Source of the DNA: Amphiscolops sp. MND2022
Taxonomy: Eukaryota
Direction: 5' to 3'
Length of the DNA stretch: 64,000 nt
Assembly (NCBI GenBank): GCA_964187785.1
Contig: OZ076409.1
Coordinates: forward strand, 84,756,001-84,820,000
The position numbers and the translations under genes were made by a program. The notes under the pieces are model-generated. The model was not told where the DNA came from and did not search any database. It was given only the letters and a program-made list of their open reading frames with translations. Position 1 is the stretch's first letter. Each line of letters begins with the position of its first letter. Below, in pieces: positions 1-12,704 of the stretch.

Positions 1-339
1 TTCATTGGGTGCATTGAAACATATCACGGACTCCATTACTTGTCCATTTGGTAGTATAGCTCTTTCAATGAAAGAGAACTTGACTGTTACTGGTTTTTTG
101 TTCCTTTTTGTTTTTTCACTCCGTAGAGAAGAGATTAGAGTGAGCGAGGTTGTTGGGGTTGTCTCAGGAATGGGTTTGCTTCTTTTGATCCTCCAAGCTC
201 TCGGATGTGTCGGAGAGGTTTGATTGGTGGTTGAGTCGGCAAAATGCACGTTTTTTCTGTGTGGTGGTCCATAATTTGAGAGCAGTTCATCTATCGGACG
301 AATACACGACCTGATTGGCATTGCTGAGGGATTGAACAT
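1..339 (-). CDS. Possible 5' part of an uncharacterised ORF running off the left edge of the window
   Basis: ATG at 339 (minus) opens a stop-free frame to position 1: MFNPSAMPIRSCIRPIDELL...KFSFIERAILPNGQVMESVICFNAPNE (113 codons). No recognisable domain. Confidence 0.3.
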   Translation of the reverse strand, partial: MFNPSAMPIRSCIRPIDELLSNYGPPHRKNVHFADSTTNQTSPTHPRAWRIKRSKPIPETTPTTSLTLISSLRSEKTKRNKKPVTVKFSFIERAILPNGQVMESVICFNAPNE

Positions 340-635
340 GATAGGGTTGATGTCAGCTCGGAACTGGGCTTGCTATGTGCTCTTTGACCAGCTGATGAAT
401 GTAGACTTCCTTGGAATCCTTTCAGCTCTATGCAGTATAATCTGCAACGCTAGTGTCGTTTGAACTAGCTATATCAATACTTTTGTGTTGCTATGAACTT
501 ATGAATTTGATTGTATTTTGTAAGCCTTGGAAATCTTCTTCCTTCTTAGGCGACAAAACAACGCAATACTAACTCATGGAATGAGAAATGACGTTGAAAA
601 AAATTGGATAAAAGTTTGAATTTGATTGGTTGTTG

Positions 636-1260
636 CACTTGGTGGGACCTGTCACTACTTTACTAAGCATTGATGGGACATTTTAACGCAGTTGTTTATT
701 TTCATTCACCAAGTAAATCAGTGATTGCTCTCTCTCTTGATTGCCAGCTTGGATGCCAAGCTTTCAACTTGGTTCATTCACCACCAAACACCTTATGGGA
801 CTGGCGGGGTTTCTTGACGCTTCTGTTGTTAATGTTTGAAAAACAAATAGGACGTTTTCGAAAAAGCACTTGGTGGGACCTGATACTTTATTTATTAAGC
901 ATTGATGGGACTTTTTAACACAGTCGTGTTTGCTTCCATTTACCATGTAAATTAGTGATTGCTCTCTCTTGATTGCCAGCTTGGATGCCAAGCTCTCAAC
1001 TTGGTTCATTCACCACCAAACACCTCATGGGGCTGGCAGGGTTTCTTGACGCTTCTGTTGTTAATGTTTGAAAAACAAATAGGACGTTTTCGAAAATGCA
1101 CTTGGTGGGACCTGAAACTGTAATTTACTAAGCATTGATGGGACTTTTACCGCAATCTTGTTTGTTTCTATTCACCAAGTAAATTAGTGATTGCCCCCTC
1201 TTGATTGAATCCAAACCAACAGCTTGTATGTCAAGCTCTCAACTTGGTTCATTCACCACC
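636..1260. repeat. About 231-bp tandem repeat, ~2.7 copies, each carrying TTGGTGGGAC (reverse complement of GTCCCACCAA)
   Basis: GCACTTGGTGGGACCTG recurs at ~636, ~867 and ~1098; the following AAGCATTGATGGGAC...CAACTTGGTTCATTCACCACC is also repeated. Confidence 0.85.
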
Positions 1261-1997
1261 CAAAACCGGGATGACTGACATGGGTGGATGACCGAAGTGG
1301 ATGACTCTCCTGCTGTAATTGGTAAATTTAAAGGATTGTCCCACTGCGTCAAAAATTTTTACAATGAATTTTTTATTGAATTTTTTGGAGCATACTTTCG
1401 AGAATACTAGTATTATTAAATAATCACATGGTTAAAAAAACGTTCTTTCTAGAAAAACGTCGTTTTTAATGTTTTTTTTTCAATCAAAATAGCGATTTAA
1501 ATTGATTTTTTTCCAAAACCGTTTCTCGAAAATTTCTTTCAAAACGAGGGATGTTAAATATTTCAACAAAACGCATCAAAAATTTCAATTTTTCAGCCTT
1601 TTTTGGCATAAGCTCACGTTTCTGAGCTTTCTCGTGAGACAATTTGTACAATTCAACACGCGGCCTTCGACAAAAAATATCAATGAAAAAACCGGCGAAC
1701 TAATTCCCGAATTGAATTGCGATTTAAATTGGTGCGAATTTTTTGACAACCCTGCATTATCAATCCACCTCATTTGCTCTTGTTATTTGGTAATCCACCA
1801 AATGAAACTATAGTATATGGCAAGAGAATAAAAGATGTGACTGAATAAAAGATGTAAAGAAACGATGTGACTGAGTGTTTGTCCGTTGACGAATCCGCAC
1901 TCAGCGGGACTTAGACCCCTTTTGTACTATACATACTTGGTGAGAATTGAAAAAATACTCTAGCTTGGCCATGGGGGCAAAGAATGGATTTTCTCAG

Positions 1998-2164
1998 AAT
2001 CACATTGCGTTGCTTTTTTATTTTACTTCCATAATGGAAATAAAATAAAAAAAGCAACGCAATGTGATTGTGCGTTGACGACTTGTCAGCGCGCAAATCA
2101 CATTGCGTTGCTTTTTTATCTTATTTCCATAATGGAAGTAAGATAAAAAACAAGCAACGCAATG
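1998..2164. repeat. Two adjacent near-perfect ~70-bp palindromes (hairpins)
   Basis: 1998-2069 reads AATCACATTGCGTTGC...TTCCATAATGGAA...GCAACGCAATGTGATT; a second copy lies at ~2096-2164. Confidence 0.85.
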
Positions 2165-2517
2165 ACGAAGTGGGGGTTCGTCAATGACAAAGTGGTGGTA
2201 ACAGAGGTGCTCAAAAATTAATGGAAACTATTATTTTTTAATTGTTCGAAACAGAAAATCCATAAAGTTTACAAATGTTTACATCAATAATGGCCATAAT
2301 GGCTATTGATGGCTCAAATTTTCTCATGGCGCAAACAGCTGGAGTTTACAGGAGTTCTGGTATTTGATTCGTAAAATTAACCTTGATTAACACGATTAAC
2401 AATTATCCTCTACAATAAATAATCTTGTATTGTATTCAAATGGAATTTATTGAATTTTATTGATGTCCCTATTTGTTGCGTAGCAAATAAATGAAACTTA
2501 AATTGTACATTATTTCA

Positions 2518-2590
2518 GACACTATAGCCTAATCGGTACAGTGCTTGAATTATAAACGCAAGGTCAAGGGTTCGAAACTCGGTATTAGTC
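2518..2590 (+). pseudogene. tRNA-like (pol III A-box/B-box) remnant, possibly tRNA-Ile(TAT)-derived or a SINE head
   Basis: TAGCCTAATCGG (A-box-like) and GGTTCGAAAC (B-box/T-loop) sit at tRNA spacing; acceptor and anticodon stems pair poorly. Confidence 0.35.
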
Positions 2591-3815
2591 GATCTTTGCA
2601 AAAACACCAATTGGTTATACATGCACTTTTGCAAACATTATTCAAAAGAACACTTCGTTTTCAAAACTTTGTATACAGCTATTTGTTTTTAATAATTAAA
2701 GTTGATCTTTTTTTCAGTCGATGTTGCTATGATTTTGAATATGCTATAATCATTTATTGGGACTAAAAATTGCAAATTACAATACATTCTTGCCCTATCT
2801 CCTTTAACCGATCCTCGCGACTGTCAATATCTTTATAATATGTGTTTTCAAAATTGAAACCCAGTTCATTCATCAAAACAGCTCAAGAATTGAAATCGTC
2901 TTGTATTCATTATAAGTTTGAATATATCAATGAAATACATTCCCTCAATAAATTATCTTTGAAATCAATTTGAAGTATCATCAAGTAAAAAACGGGAATT
3001 ATGAGTGTGACACACATTCTAAGGAATTAAAAGATAAACCCACCCTCTCTTGGCAAATGATTGAAACTTTTCGCCTGAAAATCTCTCTAACTATTTCAAT
3101 CCTATGTTTAATCATTGTACTCAGTAAATGATTTTTGGCTCATAGTCAAATGGGACCATCTGTTTAACTCCGAGGGATGCCAAAAAATATTTCCTATGCA
3201 CACTGTTCTTCTGGTAAAATTATTTGACACTAAAAATAAATTATTTGTATTTTATCAGAGAGAAAGTAAGTTATTTGTATTTTTTTTCGCGTTCCATTAA
3301 AATACTTTGATTGTATTTATTGGAATTATTTAGGCAAAAATTAATTTTAAATCATTATTTTGACAATCAATGTAATGTATACAATTATGTCGACATCAAT
3401 TGTTTTCTTGATCAAAGTTTCAACGCAAACGATGTCGACAATGGTATTTGAACCATGTGTCTTATCCCCCCTGCGACCGCATGATTCGACAAATGTTTTT
3501 CACAAAGTCAATATAAAGTCTTTTTTTTCTACAAATCGTCAAATCAACTTTTGTAATTTTTACGTTATTATTTGGTCGCCCTGCTCATCAAACACCAGCA
3601 TACATCATCTTTTTCCAATCTGCCAAATTTCGGCTATTGTGATTGGTTGATCAACCAAAATCCGGCTAACGTGATTGGTCGATCTTGAGCTGCTGAGACG
3701 AAGTCAAGTTACAGTTTCAGGTTCAGTTTGTGTTGAACATTTGTCCCGTGCAGTAGTAGACATTTGGTAAACTTTCTACCACCTTCAATAAAAGACCTAG
3801 ATTGCAGATTCCAGA

Positions 3816-3900
3816 ATGACCTTCACTTGTATCCACTGCTTCAAAGAGTTTGATTCCAACAAGCAATGGTTCTACACGCGTCATCAATCTACATGCCTTG
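3816..3900 (+). CDS. Exon 1 of ZnF-JmjC gene (C2HC zinc finger 1)
   Basis: MTFTCIHCFKEF...TRHQSTCL followed by a G|GTGAGT donor, phase 1. Confidence 0.6.
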
Positions 3901-4199
3901 GTGAGTTCAGATATTATGTTGGATTTGAAAAATATTTTCAAAATGAGAAATTTCGAAATTTTTTTGAAGCCAAGTTTTGGGGAAAAGTTTTAGTTTAAAC
4001 CCCGAATGAAACAAACAAAAAGAAAACGAATATTTGTTGACTATTGTTTTCCTTTTTCATGCTATCATAGGTGAGGCCCAAAGTAGTGTTTTCTATGTAA
4101 CTCATGCTTTGCCATTTAAAATTTGAACTAATTCCATTTTTATGCTCTTTGATCTTATGTTATTTGAAGATCTAGAGTATTAACTTCATTCTGTTTTAG

Positions 4200-4376
4200 C
4201 TCATCAACAACGGAAAACTTTGAGTATTCATCGCTGTACTTGTCCTGAATGCGGTCTGATTTGCGCCAGCACTGGAAAACTCAAGCAACACCTGTCAAAA
4301 AACACTTGTTTGAGACGTCAGCAAGAAATCAGAGAGCGAGGAATTGAGGCATCCGACTTGTATTCACCAGAACCCA
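4200..4376 (+). CDS. Exon 2 of ZnF-JmjC gene (C2HC zinc finger 2)
   Basis: TTTTAG acceptor; CPECGLICASTGKLKQHLSKNTC; A|GTGAGT donor; phases 1/1 fit exons 1 and 3. Confidence 0.65.
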
Positions 4377-5653
4377 GTGAGTTCTTTTCTTGTGAATTCT
4401 TGACAATGTAATTTTTACTAGTTTATTTTTTTAACTAGTGACTTTACCTTATTTCCGTCCCACCAAGGCCTAGTAAAAAGTGGGGTCTATGTCCCACCAA
4501 CTCTGGTTTCGTAAACGTTGGGTAAATTAAAATCAGGAGCATTTTGAGTGAGAAAATAATGTAATATTTGAAAAAGAAAATAAAACATAACAGTATAAAA
4601 CTGAATGAACTTGGTACTGTCTCACTCAATCAGAATAGGCATCGAATACTTTCCTTTCAAGTGAAATATTTCAAGTCAAGTGGTTTATTAACTTGGACGG
4701 TGATGTTGCTCGGCGCCGCACTGGTACTATATGAAAACGATATGAACACTACAGTATAGCCCCAGTTTTGCACCGAGACGAAATTCGTCGTGTTACAATT
4801 GAAGAATTTCTGATTATTGATATAAATTAACGGATCTTGTTTGCTAATACCCCCCCACCCCACTCACAGGAAAATTTATCTGTCCCCAGAGTGTTTGCAG
4901 AAAATTGCCACCTTCACGGAAATTAATCAATTATTGAATCTAAGCTTTCGAATGTTTCAAACAAAAACTATGAAGTCAGGTTCGTTCCACGCTTGTGTGA
5001 ACAAGAAAAGGTGATCATTGATTGGAAAATGAAGGTTGTCACGCTGCATGAACAACTTGACTTTCACTTCTAAAATCCCGGTCAACACGTAAAATGGCTC
5101 TATCCAAAATGAATTTAAGCAAACTCGTGACCATTACCAAAACTAAATGGGATACTGTGGCCCTTTATCAGTAAGCTGGGATAATTCCTCTGACAAAACA
5201 GTGAAAAAACGACTACGCTGAAAATCCAAAACTTTTAAGTGGGAAAAGGGAAATAAGTTCGCGGGAGCCATTAGCAAACAATATCCAAATTAAACTTGAT
5301 TTGACATATTTCGACTAGCACTTTCTTGAGGTTTATATAAAATGCAGTACATATAAGACTCATGATAGTGTCTAGATGATCTACGTTGAGCTAAAAATAG
5401 TTCCTTTTTCTTCAATATATCTTGTTATCTTGTTAAAAATCGATGTTATAAATCAATATAATACAGTACAGTGGCGTCTTTGGTGGCGTCTTTGAACCCT
5501 TAAACAACAAAAGACAACACAAAAATGTCTCCCCTTCTAGATTATTTCAATCGTATTGCAAACGCAACAATAGTTTTTATATTCATTCCCATCAGGATGC
5601 TTCTTTATGCTGCTTTATTTTCTGCTGTATGAATAGGCCCCCATTAGAAAAAA

Positions 5654-6515
5654 CTCGAAATCACATCGCGTTGCTATTTCACTTTAATTGACTGAAAATC
5701 ACGCCGCATTACTATTTCAATGAAATTCACTGGGGAAAACCACATCGCGTTGCTATTTCAATGAAGTTACTCGAAAATCACATCGCGTTGCTATTTCACC
5801 GAAGTTACTCGAAAATCACATCGCGTTGCTATTTCACCGAAGTTTGAAATTAGCTATAGGAAAAGCTGCTCTATAGATCGTTTTGAGAGTCAAAAATAGA
5901 AGCAGTAAATACTTGATTATTCGAGGCCAAGTTTCGAACCCACAATGATGACAAAGCAATCAAATTATTAAATGTAAAGCGGCAAAAATAACGACAGTAA
6001 CACAAATAGCAAGGCCTTTTCTCGAAGTTATTTTACTGAAATCAAGAAAAATATTTAGATCTTATTTCCGAAATAGGAAATATTTTACCTGTCCGGGAAT
6101 CGCACCCAAGACCTTATGGTTCGAAAGCTAGCGCACTAACTATTTGGCCATAGCGCCTTGAAAATGAACAACTAAAATTTGCTTTTAATCTTATTGCTTG
6201 TCAACAAAGTTACTCGAAAATCACATCGCGTTGCTATTTCAATAAGTTACTCGAAAATCACATCGCGTTGCTATTTCACCGAAGGTAGTCGAAAATCACA
6301 TCGCGTTGCTATTTCACCGAAGTTACTCGAAAATCACATCGCGTTGCTATTTCACCGAAGTTACTCGAAAATCACACCGCGTTGCTATTTCAGATGAAAT
6401 TACTCAAAATCACACCGCGTTGCTATTTCATAAGAAACTGCTCAAAATCACACTGCGTTGCTATTTCACAAGAAATTACACAAAATCACACCGCGTTGCT
6501 ATTTCAATGAAAGTT
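5654..6515. repeat. Two blocks (~5654-5845, ~6207-6515) of a 38-bp tandem repeat inside the 5-kb intron
   Basis: Unit GAAGTTACTCGAAAATCACATCGCGTTGCTATTTCACC, about 13 copies in total, degenerate at the edges. Confidence 0.9.
6087..6157 (-). pseudogene. tRNA-like remnant
   Basis: Minus strand GGCGCTATGGCCAAATAGTTAGTGCG...GGGTGCGATTCCC has A-box/B-box-like spacing; stems are degenerate. Confidence 0.3.
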
Positions 6516-9382
6516 TGAATTGTATTTAGAGAATTGATGATTTTTAGGTACTTTCCTGAAACCGGAGTCTTTAAGTCAATGAACTGATTGTACGGTCTCT
6601 ATATAGTGCGTCCGGTCTATTAGGAATGGTTTTTCAATTGTCCGGTCCATTAGGAAAGTACCGATTTTTATTTTAAATAGAAAAAATTTTCAATGAAACC
6701 ATATCAGCATCCGCAGGAGACTTGGGGGCAAACGATGGATAGAAAATTTTCCAAAAATATTTTTAACTTTGTGAAAATCAAGAAAAAGTGCAAATTTGAT
6801 GAAAATTGTATCTTTTCTGTTATTCCCCCCCTCCCCCAAAGTAAGCTCGGAAGTTTAATTCCCCACCACTATCAGTGATGTGTTTCAGTTGCAGTTAGAG
6901 CTATAAAATACTGCAATTCCATTGGTTGTTAATATTTATTCAATGATAATTTCTCTTGGCCGCTTAACGTGGTGGGGGGATTACCAGTAAAGATCCTGAA
7001 ATTTTGTCAAATTTTCGTATTTCTAACTTTTGTAATTTTTCTCGCAGAATTTTCAAACAAACATTTTTGTAAATTAGATAAAAGTCTAAGAAACTTTTGT
7101 AGCTGACAATTTTAAAGATATTTGAGTTTTAAATTCGCTATTTTGAGCAATGGAGTTGCGATCAGGGATTTGCATTAAAAGAATACATTATTAATGGATA
7201 TCCTACATTCAATAAATGCATTACTTTGACTGGCATTTTCATTAAATACTCTAACTTTCAAACAACATTAATTAATACATTTATTGTACAATAAATTGCC
7301 GAGTTTTCATTTTTTTCTCGCCGTTGAGCACTTTTTGCACACTTTCTCGGTTACAGAATGAACCATTCTTGGTCATTCTTGGCGCTTATTGAAATAGTAC
7401 AGTGTTTCATTTCAAAAATGATTTTCTAAAAAGGGGACATTCTAAAACATTTTTTAAAAAGGGGACATTTGCTCAGAGCCAGCAGTTGATATAGTTGATA
7501 TCTGAGACCTATCCATAGATATCTACAGATATGTTACAGATATCAAACGCCTCCGCCTGCCAAGTGTTTAACTTTGGTGATCTGACAAGCGGAAGCTGTT
7601 GCTCTGAGCCATAGTCCCCTATTCACAGTAAAGTAATTGGAATATATATACACAGTACATGTATACATTCCGCGCCGCGCCTCATACCACACTGTTACGA
7701 ATGAAGTGGCGCTTGAACGTGATAATTGACATTTGAAAATGATGAAGGGATCTTTTCTGTTAGCACAAAAATTATTAATTGGTAGGCTTGTATTGCATTG
7801 CAATACAAAATTACCAACCCCTGGTTCCCCCACCAATTTAATACCCCCAGTTAAGAGGTCAAGTGAAATTATCATTGAAATAGTAGTATTAATAATAATA
7901 TTTGTAATAAAAAAATATTTATACAATAGTGTAAGAAATAAACTGAACCCTTATTTGTAAAAAAAGAATTGGACCAAAACAAAACTAGCTCTGATTTCTG
8001 CTATCATCCAAGTTATTTGAAAATCAAATAAACAAACATTCTGAAATTTTGTTGGGCACTTGAAACGTAAGTTTGCAAACAATGAAGAAACTTCTTAATT
8101 TCATTTTTGATTGATTGTATTTACTACTGAATTGGCATAGGGGACATCATTTTGGACAATTTTGTAACATTTGGCACCTAATTTGGAACTTTTATTTATT
8201 TGGCAGACACTTCTTCATTTACTGAAGCCATTCATTTTTTTTACATTAAGGTAATTGGTATTTTATAGTTTTTGAAAGGGGTTCTCTTCTATTACATTTT
8301 ATTTACTATCTTAATACGTGGGACACAGCTATTTTTCGCAAAGATTGGGAATTATGCTTTCGGTTTTAGATTTTTAACCGATAAAATTATAATCACGAGA
8401 ATCTGCTAACTAAGGCGATTATGCCCATTATCTTAGACATTCAATTTATCCTTGCTATGTTTACATGCAGTCCAAATTATTTCTCACAAATAAGGGTTCA
8501 GTTCTTTTCTTACACTATTGTAACTCTAACTGCACCTGAATAAAACTCATCGTTGATTCTGGGGAAAATTACAATTTTCGCTCTTACTGTGAGGGGGATT
8601 GGCTTTGGTAAACAGAAAAGATCCTGATAAAGTGTTTGAAATAAAAAACATGAGTACAAAATCATTCAATACGTGGAAAACACTTACAATTGATAATCAT
8701 ATAATAAATCCAATAAAGAAGTACATGAATATACATTTTATGTCCCACCAAGGCCTAGTGAAAAGTGGGGTCTATGCAAGGTTGTAAAAATAAGTATTTT
8801 TAAATAAATATTTTTAAACTGATATAATTATTTTTCGACTCAAACAGTTTAGTGAACAAACACGGTCAGCTGTTTATAACGGGGCTGTTTATAATGGCGT
8901 AAAAGTGTTTCATAGCGGCTCTCAACTTTTATGTCCCACCAAGGCCTTTTAAAAAAGGGGTCTATGTCCCACTAAGCCGGCTTTGCATAAACAAGTGAAG
9001 AAGTTTCCTGGAAATGATATGTATTTATATTGATCACCAGAACAAAAAGTCCTATTGGTATTGACTGATTACCGTTTATAGGTTTTTTGTACTGATGGTT
9101 GATTGAGTGACATGTTGTAAAAAAGCAGGTCCATGTCCCACCAAGTGCGTTTTGGTCCCCACGGTATTGTAACTATTGAAGCACGGCCTAACACCCAGTC
9201 ATGCCAGAATTATCAAGATATTGATGAATTGAATACATTGAAGACTCATACCAATGAAAGAATCAAACGCATTTAAAGTGATATAAACAAATCACAAACC
9301 TAAAAAATTCTACGGGAAAACAAATTCAAATAAATATATAGATGAAAGTCTTTAATAACGTATCAACTAAAACTTGTTTCAG

Positions 9383-10637
9383 AACGTCAGAAGGGCTCAT
9401 TCGAATGCAATTCTTGTGGGAAGATACTAACGAGACATTTCGATTTGCTCCGTCATCGACAAACAAATAAACAATGTAGAGGTCTGCAAGCTAGAACCAC
9501 ATCGTGTATTACAACTCCAGTAGATGTTCCTGTTGATGTAACCGGAGATGATGTACCTTCTCCCGAACCCGATGCTGCAACAACTTCTCTCGACAGGACA
9601 CCCAGAGTTAGCCCTGAAAGGCAACAGTCTGTTCCTCCCCTAGGAGAACTTTTCGGTGAAACAGTTACTTTTGAAGAAGTAATTGCTTCTGGTGAAGTGT
9701 TTCCCCCCGAATTAATAACCCCTCCTAGAGAAAGAGAGACTGCTCGTGAAGTGACTGCTCGTGAAGAGACTGCTCGTGAAGAAGAGACTGCTACTGAAGA
9801 AGAGACTGCTCCTGAAGAAGAGACTGCTCCTGAAGAAGAGACTGCTCCTGAAGAAGAGACTGCTCCCGGAGGAGAGATTGCTCTTGAAGAAGAGACTGCT
9901 CTGAAAGAAAAACAAAAGATACCGGAAATTGAACTGCCGTATTTAGATTCCTTCAAATGGGGTTCACACAATCGTTCCAAAGTTGGTTCAAAAAAGTTTT
10001 TGGATTTAATTCGAGGGAAAGTACCAGTCACCCAAAGTTTCACTGTCAACAACCGCCAGGATTTCAAGAACCGAATGACGAGAAGTACACCATGTCCTGT
10101 AGTTTTGAGACAAGCTAGGGGCAAACTTGCTGGTCTTGTTGTTCCTAGTGCCATACACGGTACCTTCCGTAAAATAACTGAGGGAATCCCTTGCAGCAGG
10201 AAAGTAAATGTGTGTTTTTCAGCACTCCAGGAAGTGGAGAACAATATGACCTTGGCAAGTTTTTTGGGGCATCATGAAGACCCATTCCGCGAGCAAGATC
10301 TTCATCCAATGAACATCATCGACCTTGACATTGGTCCGCATCAGAGGACAATGAAACACACATTTTCGATTCCAAACTTGATAAAAGAATATTCTCTGGG
10401 TCATACTTACACCTCAAGAATGGATCCCTCAATCCGAGAAGAGTTTGACTTCACTGCTGGCATCAGCAATTACCTCTTGATGACTGAACAGGAAGCACAG
10501 ACGGATTGGCATCAGGATTTCACCGGAACTTCTGTTTTTTACTTTTTGTTGAAGGGAAGGAAAGAATTTTTCATCGTGGAGCCAACCCAGAAAGCCCAAC
10601 AGCGTTTTGACGAATGGCGAGAGAGTGAATGGAAAAG
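9383..10637 (+). CDS. Exon 3 of ZnF-JmjC gene: zinc finger 3, acidic EETAP repeats and N-terminal half of a KDM2/KDM7-like JmjC domain
   Basis: TTTCAG acceptor (phase 1); CNSCGKILTRHFDLLRHRQTNKQC; YLLMTEQEAQTDWHQDFTGTSVFYFLLKGRKEF contains the HxD iron motif and 2-oxoglutarate-binding T/K; AG|GTTTGT donor, phase 2. Confidence 0.85.
9736..9903 (+). repeat. 18-bp coding minisatellite (EEETAP)n
   Basis: GAAGAGACTGCTCCTGAA repeated about 9 times, degenerate at the edges. Confidence 0.85.
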
Positions 10638-10898
10638 GTTTGTAAAAAGGAAAACTCAGTTTTTACTTCAGTTTAGATTAATAATTGTGATCTTTTTCCT
10701 TATTGTTAAGTTGTAATTGGTTATGTGATTGTTGTCATCAACTGTTAAAAGCTGAAGGTTATGACTGAAGATATTTCCAAAAAAGGGTTTGCTTTTCACG
10801 AGTTACAAGATACCTTCAAGGGGCTGAAACTTCTTAGAAAATTTCCGATGTTTAAAGTAGAAGTTAGTTCTCTCAACTTTGATTAATGTTGTTTTCAG

Positions 10899-11355
10899 CT
10901 CCACTTTCTTCGGTTTCCATCGAGATGTCACATGCTATCATATTGTGGTAGAAGAAGGAGACGCTATCTTCTTACCAAGCCAGTGGATTCACTTTGTTCA
11001 CACCCCTGTTGATAGCATTGCTTATGCGTGTAACTTCATTATGGAAACCCACCTCCACCAGAGTGCCCTAGCCTTCAAGAAGGAGCTAGACGCAGGTTTG
11101 GCAAGACGTTTCTTGTTCCCAAACTTCCCAGGTTTGATAGTGATGCAGCTCTACATGGAATGGGCTAATAAAAACCGCGTGAGTCCTATCACGAAAGCCG
11201 CCATGCGTGAGATGCTGCAGATCATAAAAGCTGATGAGCGACCAACTGGTAAAGAATTTCCGCTGGAAAATCCCTGGGCAGAGTTCTTGTATCGCTATGC
11301 AGCAACTGTCAGCGACTTGCATTGGGATGTAATTGAGGAGTGGCTACAACGTTGA
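10899..11355 (+). CDS. Exon 4 of ZnF-JmjC gene: C-terminal half of JmjC
   Basis: TTTCAG acceptor, phase 2, in frame with exon 3. GDAIFLPSQWIHFVHTPVDSIAYACNF resembles the KDM2/7 motif IPSGWIHAVYTP.DS...GGNF and supplies the third iron ligand His. Stop TGA ends at 11355. Confidence 0.85.
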
Positions 11356-11545
11356 GGAGAAACAACAGAGTCCAGAAAGTGCAGCTTGAGGAAGTCTTCA
11401 ATTTCAGTTTCAAAACTTGATTTTCGGCTCTTTATTGACTGATGAACATGCAAACAGTTTGCTTTCTTTATTTAGTGTCATGTGTTTTTTACTTACTGAG
11501 CACTTTTGCTTACTTTTTTTACTTACGTAGTAAATACTATACCAG

Positions 11546-11944
11546 CAGAGGTGTGATCGCTAACAATTTTATCGCAAATCGCTAACATCGCTAATGGCTT
11601 GATTTCATCGCTATCGCTACAACAAAATGGGTGGTTCGCTAACGCTATCACTATTTTAAAAACCTGATTTTCAGAAAGATCATATGAAAATTTCAGAATG
11701 TACTTTAAAATTAATAAATTTTGAAGTTTTGGGCAAATTGTACTTCGCCTACAAAGCCGGGCTCATCGAATAACTGTTCGAAAGGAAAAAGCCAAAATGA
11801 TGTGTCAAGTTATTCGCAATAATTTTTTGCATTAGTTAATTTTGAATTTCTAGTTGAAAAAATGTTCGCTAACGCTTTAATTTGTCGCTAACTATCGCTA
11901 TCGCTAATTCATGCTGAATTGTCGCTATCGCTGTCATACCTCTG
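11546..11944. mobile_element. hAT-like MITE
   Basis: TIRs CAGAGGTGTGA / TCATACCTCTG; 8-bp flanks TATACCAG / TATACAAG (1 mismatch); internal (A)TCGCTA repeats. Confidence 0.7.
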
Positions 11945-12310
11945 TATACAAGGTATAAAAAAAATCGAAAGTTTCTTATGATGAATGTACAAATGTTGTG
12001 GATTTTGAGAATTCAAGAGAACAATTGAGGCAAAAAATTCAGCCTCAACTCTGAATTTGCTCAATGATTCTTCCGACTTGTAGGCTACGTGTAACTTTGT
12101 TTTTGCTTAAATCAATTGTTACTACCTTACAGAATCTGGAAGTATCAGTTGTACTAATGGCCTTTCGTAATTAAAGCATTTCTTCGGAGTGGTTTTTTAA
12201 TTCAATGTTTTGTAAGCTTACAAATGTACATCGAGTTCACTAGTGAGATGGGGTTAGAAACGATTTCTTGTCTGTCAGGACTTCTTTAAACGTAACTTTC
12301 TAGGACTTGA

Positions 12311-12704
12311 ATGTCAACAAGAAGTGCTGCCCGGAAAGCAGAGCCCTGGAGCTCTTTTCTTTACTCAGACCCAGAAGGCTTCCAAGTGAAAACTGTACAG
12401 TTTGCAAACGGGGCCACGGGGCGAGGGCTTTTCGCTAACAGAAGTTTTGACGACAAAGAATTTTTGCTCACTTACTGGGGACCGAGAAGTACAACAAAAA
12501 CGTCCAACTTCGACTATGTGATGGAACTGCAAGAAGGGAAACAAGCGGTATTCATTGACACTTCTGACGAAAAGAATTCAGGAATGGCTCGATTCATCAA
12601 CGACAAGGACAGAGCAGTGGCTGCTAACTGTCGGATGAAGAAGGTCACTGATGACCAAGGTAGAAACCATTGCATCTTCCTGGCAACTCGCCCGATTCAG
12701 TCTG
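12311..12704 (+). CDS. Exon 1 of SET-tyrosine recombinase fusion gene (SET domain, SETD8/PR-Set7-like)
   Basis: GRGLFANRSF..KEFLLTYWG; GMARFIND; LATRPIQSG; G|GTTAGT donor, phase 1. Confidence 0.85.

Noticed and set aside
4457..4500. 34-bp motif spacing as a loxP/FRT-type site
   Set aside because: The paired motifs are direct, not inverted around a spacer; the length match is probably coincidental.
5654..6518. CRISPR-like 38-bp repeats and the ORFs 6179-6397 and 6306-6518
   Set aside because: Head-to-tail minisatellite without spacers; the ORFs are translations of the repeat.
9453..10244. 263-aa minus-strand ORF
   Set aside because: Antisense shadow of the JmjC exon and its 18-bp repeat; no domain features.
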